Shown here: in pieces, positions 58,363 through 64,000 of the stretch
Position numbering within the stretch: the first letter of the stretch is position 1
Layout: each line of letters starts with the position of its first letter
Assembly: GCA_043808155.1 (NCBI GenBank)
Contig: JAZDFD010000001.1
Coordinates: forward strand, 1-64,000
Source: Candidatus Iainarchaeum sp.
Lineage (GTDB): Archaea > Iainarchaeota > Iainarchaeia > Iainarchaeales > JAZDFD01
DNA: 64,000 nucleotides
Reading direction: 5' to 3'
Position numbers and translations under genes: made by a program
Notes under the pieces: generated by a model
Told to the model about the DNA's origin: nothing
Database searches by the model: none
The model's input: the letters and a program-made list of their open reading frames with translations, nothing else

Positions 58363-58884
58363 TTATAATTTATACACATAATTCTTAAGAGAATTGTTTA
58401 TAAAATTCCCTGTTGAGTGATTTGCTTCACAATTCTGGTCTGTGCATTCACAGGCACCAGTGCAACCCACGCCCTCAACATAATCGCATGTTGTGCCGTC
58501 ACTGCATATTTCAAGACTGCATTGTTCCTCTGTTAAAATATCTTCATAAATGCAGTATTCACTTGAATTTTCTCCGTTGCAGTTTCCGTAAGTTACGTAA
58601 TTGTAAACACCCCATATTCCAAAAATTAAACTTAAAATTAAACTCAGAGTTAGTGCCCATGAAATTAATTCAAAGTGTTTGTGCACAAATTTTCCTGCTG
58701 CAGGACTTCTTTTAAGCAATCCTGTTGAGATTTTCATTTTCATTTTTTGATCAAAAGCACTTTCACATTTTCTCAGAGTTACTCTTCTAAAAACGCAGTC
58801 AAATGCTTCCTTTGCGAGTTCTCTGTGGGAAGCTGAAAATATTCCCAAAACTGCAAAAACGAATAATGCAACAAAACAAATCAT
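58363..58884 (-). CDS. Cys-rich membrane protein
   Basis: Two TM segments and a Cys-rich tail. Confidence 0.65.
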   Translation of the reverse strand: MICFVALFVFAVLGIFSASHRELAKEAFDCVFRRVTLRKCESAFDQKMKMKISTGLLKRSPAAGKFVHKHFELISWALTLSLILSLIFGIWGVYNYVTYGNCNGENSSEYCIYEDILTEEQCSLEICSDGTTCDYVEGVGCTGACECTDQNCEANHSTGNFINNSLKNYVYKL

Positions 58885-58982
58885 AATATCACTAATTTTT
58901 AATTAAGTATTCATTAATTCATTAATGAAGCTAATTTAAATCTTACTCATTGATTAGGGGAAATACTGTTTCTTAAAAGAAG

Positions 58983-59465
58983 CTAGTTTTTAGGATTTTG
59001 TTCTAGGGTTTTTTGAATTTTATTGTGGACTCCCGTCCATTCAACAATAAGTTCATCAATTACCTGTCTTGCTGCTATTGCTCTGTGATCAGCATGCACA
59101 TTCACAATCACCCCAGACGTGCTCAGGGGAACTCCGGGAAGAGGAGACATTGGTCGTATGTGCGAAGTTTGATCAAATTCTTTCTTTTTTTCCTCCAGCT
59201 GTAAAAGGAGTTTGTCTATTTGCTCAACGAAATGCTCACCATTTTTTTGTATCATGGGGTCTGCTTCCTTGCAAAAATAAATAAGGTCATCTACAGACAC
59301 CTTGTTACCTGTCTTTGTAGGAATAGTTCCAAAATCCTTTCTGATTGTATCTCGTACTTCTGCATGAATTTTTTGAGATTCTGTTAGTCTTAGCGGTCTT
59401 TGTCTTTTCGGTTCTGGTGAAGATTTTCTTTTGAAAGGATTTCTAAATGTGAATCTTTTAAACAT
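58983..59465 (-). CDS. Hypothetical protein with basic N-terminus
   Basis: MFKRFTFRNPFKRKSSPEPKRQRPLR start. Confidence 0.55.
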   Translation of the reverse strand: MFKRFTFRNPFKRKSSPEPKRQRPLRLTESQKIHAEVRDTIRKDFGTIPTKTGNKVSVDDLIYFCKEADPMIQKNGEHFVEQIDKLLLQLEEKKKEFDQTSHIRPMSPLPGVPLSTSGVIVNVHADHRAIAARQVIDELIVEWTGVHNKIQKTLEQNPKN

Positions 59466-59504
59466 CTAATTATTTATATGCTACAAAAGATTTTAATCTG
59501 AGTT

Positions 59505-60173
59505 GTGACCTTCAGAAAGTTTAATATACAAAAAATGCCTAATACTGAGATGCCAGTATTAGATGTTTTTGAATCCCAAAATTTACTTAAAAAATACGGA
59601 ATTCCTGTTGTTAAAAGTGATTTGTGTAAAAATGAAGCTTCTTTGACTTCTGCTTTGAAAACAACTAGATTTCCTTTAGCAATGAAGGTTGTTTCCTCTG
59701 CCATATCGCATAAAACAGAGGCTCAGGGCGTAAAATTAGGGGTTTCCTCAGCCTTAGAAGCTAAAAAAGCCTTTAATCAGCTCAAAAAACTCAGGGGATT
59801 TGAGGGCGCTCTGGTTCAGGAAATGCTTTCTGGTACTGAGATTATTATTGGTGGAAAACGCGACGCTACTTTTGGACCAACTGTGCTCTTTGGTTTGGGC
59901 GGTATTTTCGTTGAGGTTATGAAGGATGTTTCCCTGCGCGTTTGCCCTATTAGTTCCCGTGATGCTGCTGAAATGATTTCTGAAATTAAGGGTTATAAAT
60001 TACTCACTGGTTTCCGCGGTTCTGAACCTGTGAAACTTTCTGCAATTAATGATTGTTTACTGAAGACTTCCAAAATGATGCTTCAGGAGGAACAAATCAA
60101 AGAACTTGATATTAACCCCTTATTTGCTGATTCTAAAGGTGTGAAAGCAGTGGATGCGCGTGTAGTAATTTAA
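59505..60173 (+). CDS. ADP-forming acyl-CoA synthetase beta subunit
   Basis: HKTE, FGLGGIFVE, LDINP and DAR motifs. Confidence 0.93.
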   Translation: MTFRKFNIQKMPNTEMPVLDVFESQNLLKKYGIPVVKSDLCKNEASLTSALKTTRFPLAMKVVSSAISHKTEAQGVKLGVSSALEAKKAFNQLKKLRGFEGALVQEMLSGTEIIIGGKRDATFGPTVLFGLGGIFVEVMKDVSLRVCPISSRDAAEMISEIKGYKLLTGFRGSEPVKLSAINDCLLKTSKMMLQEEQIKELDINPLFADSKGVKAVDARVVI

Positions 60174-60287
60174 TGATTTACGAACATGCAAGAACCATTT
60201 ATTGTTCTTTTAGAATTTGAAAAAGTTGGAACCTCAACAAAATTATTTGAAGCTAAATGTTATGCGAATTGATAAAATGTTCAGGCA

Positions 60288-60340
60288 ATGATGAGATTAA
60301 CACCTCTCTGAAATGGCGGATGATGTACTCCCCCTTCAGA
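60288..60340 (+). ncRNA. Candidate box C/D sRNA
   Basis: ATGATGA, 13 nt, CTGA, then ATGATGT, 10 nt, CAGA in intergenic DNA. Confidence 0.35.
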
Positions 60341-60469
60341 CTGTTATTACTCATACTTTTTTAAACATTTTTGAGTAATAAAACCTACAAGCTAAGTATC
60401 ATTACTTTTTCACTATAAAACACAAAGCTTAAATAATGCTTAGCACATAAGTATTGTAGTGATTTTATA

Positions 60470-60751
60470 GTGGAGATTTTTTGGACAAAACATGCGCTGG
60501 AAAGGTTTATGGAAAGAGCCTTGCTTTATGGTTTGGAAAGAATAGAAGTTGAGGAAATAATCAAAAAACAACTAGTAAGAATTAGAAAAGGTTTTGACAA
60601 AAAGTACAAAAAGGACTGCTTTGAAACCATTGGGGTGGTTGCGAACAAATTTTTCACTGTCCAAAAAGCGGAAGACAAAAAGAGCATAATTGTGATAACA
60701 CTGTGGGAATCAAACAAAAAGGAGGTTGAATTATGGTTATCAAAAAAATAA
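60470..60751 (+). CDS. DUF4258/RelE-fold putative toxin
   Basis: WTKHALERFMER...VITLW. Confidence 0.7.
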   Translation: MEIFWTKHALERFMERALLYGLERIEVEEIIKKQLVRIRKGFDKKYKKDCFETIGVVANKFFTVQKAEDKKSIIVITLWESNKKEVELWLSKK

Positions 60752-61068
60752 TAAAGTGTCCGGTATGCGAAGGCGAAGCAACTCTTTCAAATGAAAGCAT
60801 AGAATTATTTAAGGGATTGATTAAGTTAAAGAACAACCCAATATACAAATGTAGCTCATGCAAAGAAAAGTTCGCAACAGGGAAAATAGTTGACAAGAGT
60901 CTGCAGGAAGCAAGAAAAGAATTCAGTTTTGCACGGAAATTGATTTCAACAGGCGGAAGCCTTGCAATAACCATCCCGCCAGACCTGGCAAGATTCTATA
61001 AGCTGAAAAAAGGAGAAACCATCGATTTGGTGCCTGCAGGAGAACATCTACTGAAAGTAAAACTTTAA
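60733..61068 (+). CDS. Zn-ribbon plus AbrB/MazE-type antitoxin
   Basis: CPVC...CSSC; GGSLAITIP. Confidence 0.8.
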   Translation: MVIKKIIKCPVCEGEATLSNESIELFKGLIKLKNNPIYKCSSCKEKFATGKIVDKSLQEARKEFSFARKLISTGGSLAITIPPDLARFYKLKKGETIDLVPAGEHLLKVKL

Positions 61069-61240
61069 GGTTTTCTTTTTAAACTATAAATTTAATCAGT
61101 TAACACTATACCTTACAATAGGCAATGATGATGTGAAAACCAATTTGAGCAGATAAAACAGGCTATTATTGAGGGTAAGAAAGAGCTGATTTTACAGTAA
61201 ATTTGCGATATATTTAAATACTTTAATCATATAAACTTAT

Positions 61241-61525
61241 ATGATAACTATGGATTCGAGAACAACTGTTTTGCATTACCCGAGGCTGGATACTGTGCTA
61301 ATGATAGAGGATGCCATAAAGAACGCAAAAGATTATCCTAAAAGAACAGAGCTTTGGAAAAAACTGCCAAAGAAAGTAATGTACCAAACCTACAAAATAG
61401 TGGTTGACTATCTGATTGATTCAAGAAAAGTAATGCTTACCAAAGACGACAAGCTTGTCTGGATTTTCGCAGACAACGAAAAACTCAAAAAACTAATCGA
61501 AGAGAGCGTGCCAGCAAATGCGTGA
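61241..61525 (+). CDS. wHTH-like putative antitoxin (paralog of 5497)
   Basis: Visible similarity to 5497-5775. Confidence 0.7.
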   Translation: MITMDSRTTVLHYPRLDTVLMIEDAIKNAKDYPKRTELWKKLPKKVMYQTYKIVVDYLIDSRKVMLTKDDKLVWIFADNEKLKKLIEESVPANA

Positions 61526-61860
61526 AATAAAGTATTCGGCAGAGTTTAACAAAGACTATGTAAAACTAAGGAAAAGAGCAGACAATGGAAACTCTGAAGC
61601 ACAATACCTGCTTGACTTAATCAGCAAGGCAACTGCCAAGCTTGCTGAAAATCCTGAGGCAGGCAAAAAAAATTCCAAGAAAACTCTGGCCAAAAGAATA
61701 TGTGCAAAAATACGGAGTGAATAATTTATGGAAATACAACCTTGACTCAAACTGGCGACTCATTTACACAGTGACAGGCAACCAAGTGGACTTGTTCCTA
61801 ATCTACTTGGAATATATGGATCACAAAAAATACAACAGAAAATTCGGCTACAAAGGTTAA
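61518..61860 (+). pseudogene. RelE-like toxin frameshifted in an A8 tract
   Basis: Removing one A from 61665-61672 joins NPEAGKK to IPRKLWP...WRLIY...DHKKY, giving 113 aa paralogous to 5772. Confidence 0.8.
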
Positions 61861-62037
61861 GTGCAATTTAACATCAAGATTAGCATTTCATTAATTTTCA
61901 TGTTACAACAAAATTACCAAATCAGTAACATTCGTGTAGCAATCGCTATTTATAAAAAACTTTTTCTCTTTATAAAGAATTGAGTGGAATTGCTTCCCTT
62001 TTAGAAACGCTTTTAAACAGACCAATTGTATAAACTT

Positions 62038-62466
62038 ATGATGAACAAAAAATTATGTTATGGAATCTTAGCAGCCTGTGTTTTAGCTATTGTGATGATT
62101 GGCCTATTTATGTTGAACCCTCTTTTGGATGTAGAAGACGATCCATTTGGTGTGCCGCCAAAAGGAACTTCGCCTAATTGTGGTCCTGAAGATAGATACA
62201 AATTTGATGTAGCGATTAATTCAAAAAATGATTTCATAAACTTCATAAAAAACAATGAAATAAATCAATGGGTAAGATTAGATAATTTTAGAGATGAACA
62301 AGAAGGTAACATCAATTGGGATGACGTTTTAACTGCGATTAAAATTGAAAAAGTTGTTAGTAGAACTGTTTATGTTCTTGACTATAATCCGCAATTTTGT
62401 TCAGGATTTACTTTAAAAATGACTAATGATGGCCACATTTCCGTGTATGGTTGTTGTGGGATATAA
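62038..62466 (+). CDS. Membrane-anchored hypothetical protein
   Basis: N-terminal TM helix. Confidence 0.6.
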   Translation: MMNKKLCYGILAACVLAIVMIGLFMLNPLLDVEDDPFGVPPKGTSPNCGPEDRYKFDVAINSKNDFINFIKNNEINQWVRLDNFRDEQEGNINWDDVLTAIKIEKVVSRTVYVLDYNPQFCSGFTLKMTNDGHISVYGCCGI

Positions 62467-62740
62467 AAAATCATTAAAAATATAGCACACATTGTGACTT
62501 TTTCAAGCAAATTTTTTCTTTAATCCACAATTAATTCGTATGAAAGCCCTGCTAACCGGAAGCTTTGACCATATTCTTTTAGTAGTAGCAACGCCCCCCC
62601 CTCCCATATTTCAGGCGACGATGATGTTATTGCCCTAATTGCAATAGGCATAACTTAAAAATATTCAAAAATCAACTTTTTAGTTGATTTTTTTTCAACC
62701 GCAGGTATATTAACACTCGAGACAGGGATATAACTGACAA

Positions 62741-62794
62741 ACCCGAACTTGTTCGCCGGTGAGTCCCGATGCACTCCTTCGGGAGTGCATCACC
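62741..62794 (-). repeat. Divergent module B+C palindrome
   Basis: Reverse complement GATGCACTCC-CGAA-GGAGTGCATC-GGGACTCACCGGC...GTTCGG resembles 10309-10349. Confidence 0.5.
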
Positions 62795-62858
62795 CGTCTA
62801 AAAAAAGACAAAGAGAGTTGGTCGCAGGGAAATTTTCAGGAGCTCCTTTTTTTCTGCG

Positions 62859-63710
62859 CTATTTGAAATAAGTCATGAATTTTTTCCTTAAAACTTCGGC
62901 CATTTGTTGGTTTTTTGTGATTTTTACCATTATGTCTACTTTTCGTGATGCAAATTTTTTTCTTGTGAACTCTGAAAACAAATCGGTTAGATTAGAATTT
63001 TTTTGATAGAATTGATCGATTACTTTCTTTGATTCTTCTGAATATTCAAAGACAAGTATGGAATCACCATGAACAATAATCTCATTGTCAAATTCATCAA
63101 AGTTCACACCTAGTTTTACTCCACCCCATCCATTTTTTAAGAATTCTTTTGATGCCCATTTATCAAAAGGGAAATTATATCGCGTAACCATATACGAAAG
63201 TGGATTTTTTTTTATTACACTTCTCAGAATTAACATGTCACCGAACTTAAAATTTAAAGGCCACCAAACATGCCTTGTAATTCCAAGTGGTCCAGAGGGT
63301 GTCGAACCAATAAAAACTTGTTTTGCCAATAAATCTGCAATTGTTATAACAACATTCGAATAATCGTCAAATCTCCATTCAATTGATCCTTCGAAATTTG
63401 GATCTAGCGTATATTTTTTCTGTGAATTTGAATAAACATTCTCAATTCTGTCAATAAATCGTCTCTGGTTTGAAATCCATAATTTATGTAATTGGTAGGT
63501 TTTACCCTCTTTTAATATGACATTCATAGCTTCAAGTTCGGTTAATTTTTTATGCACGGCTTGGTAAGAAATGTCTTTGTCACATCTCTTAATAATTAAA
63601 TTGTAAATTTCTTTAGCACTTAATGGCCATTTTTCAGAAAGCACAAAAATAATTGCTTCCTCAGTAGAAGCTTTCTTTGGATTCATTTTTAAAATTTCAA
63701 AATATGACAT
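62859..63710 (-). CDS. wHTH-domain protein
   Basis: WPLSAKEIYN...ISYQAVHKKLTEL. Confidence 0.75.
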   Translation of the reverse strand: MSYFEILKMNPKKASTEEAIIFVLSEKWPLSAKEIYNLIIKRCDKDISYQAVHKKLTELEAMNVILKEGKTYQLHKLWISNQRRFIDRIENVYSNSQKKYTLDPNFEGSIEWRFDDYSNVVITIADLLAKQVFIGSTPSGPLGITRHVWWPLNFKFGDMLILRSVIKKNPLSYMVTRYNFPFDKWASKEFLKNGWGGVKLGVNFDEFDNEIIVHGDSILVFEYSEESKKVIDQFYQKNSNLTDLFSEFTRKKFASRKVDIMVKITKNQQMAEVLRKKFMTYFK

Positions 63711-63711
63711 T

Positions 63712-64000
63712 TTATTTCTCCTTGAAATAAGGCAAAACTTGTTGCCTAACAATACCTGCTAACTCAGGATCTTTGATTAATTCAACTTTGATGCTTGCTT
63801 TTCGATTTCTAAAATTATCTAATGCATAATATTTGAACAAAGAACTTAGATTATGAATTTTAGAATATATTTCATCCATAAATTTTTTGGTTTCTTCTGA
63901 AAAAGTGACTTTTGTAATTGTGTCACCGAAAGCACCAATGTCGGACTTAGAACAATCCAATTCCGAAATACCGCATTTGCTCTTAAAGCCCGCTCTACAA
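63712..64000 (-). CDS. C-terminus of a tandem paralog of the wHTH protein (runs off the window)
   Basis: GDTITKVTFSEETKKFMDEIY aligns with GDSILVFEYSEESKKVIDQFY. Confidence 0.7.
   Translation of the reverse strand, partial: CRAGFKSKCGISELDCSKSDIGAFGDTITKVTFSEETKKFMDEIYSKIHNLSSLFKYYALDNFRNRKASIKVELIKDPELAGIVRQQVLPYFKEK

Noticed and set aside
61121-61200. ATGATGA...CTGA as a second C/D sRNA
   Set aside because: Internal boxes are poor and the segment reads as a gene-end remnant (QFEQIKQAIIEGKKELILQ-stop).
62700-62830. Ribozyme, RNase P or SRP RNA
   Set aside because: No hammerhead, twister, RNase P or SRP core motifs could be matched by eye.

Overview
AT-rich archaeal chromosome segment, most consistent with a DPANN lineage such as Diapherotrites/Iainarchaeota (inference from GatDE, Nop5/fibrillarin, NMD3, BHB tRNA introns, compact gene packing and many orphans). 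It is mostly housekeeping: ProRS, GlyRS, AspRS, AsnRS, AlaX, GatD/GatE, DNA ligase, carbamate kinase/OTC, GDH and redox proteins. Seven tRNAs are present, two with introns. The most unusual layer is tRNA-centred. (i) A family of composite REP-like palindromes with fixed flanks and variable stems occurs at about 14 loci, mostly beside tRNAs, and sits inside both tRNA introns. (ii) Four tRNAs (Gln, Ile, Thr, Arg) are followed by a displaced copy of their own 3' end, broken at or next to the T-loop, with no integrase in the window. (iii) One of these inserts is a free-standing HTH-LAGLIDADG gene whose ORF reads antisense through the whole tRNA-Ile. Other points are an intein in a PurD-like ligase, a TA cassette bracketed by a 26-bp duplication of a protein gene's 3' end, a membrane-anchored M23 peptidase, a dehydrogenase/wHTH chimera and a basic/acidic micropeptide pair. 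All calls come from reading the sequence; no searches were run.
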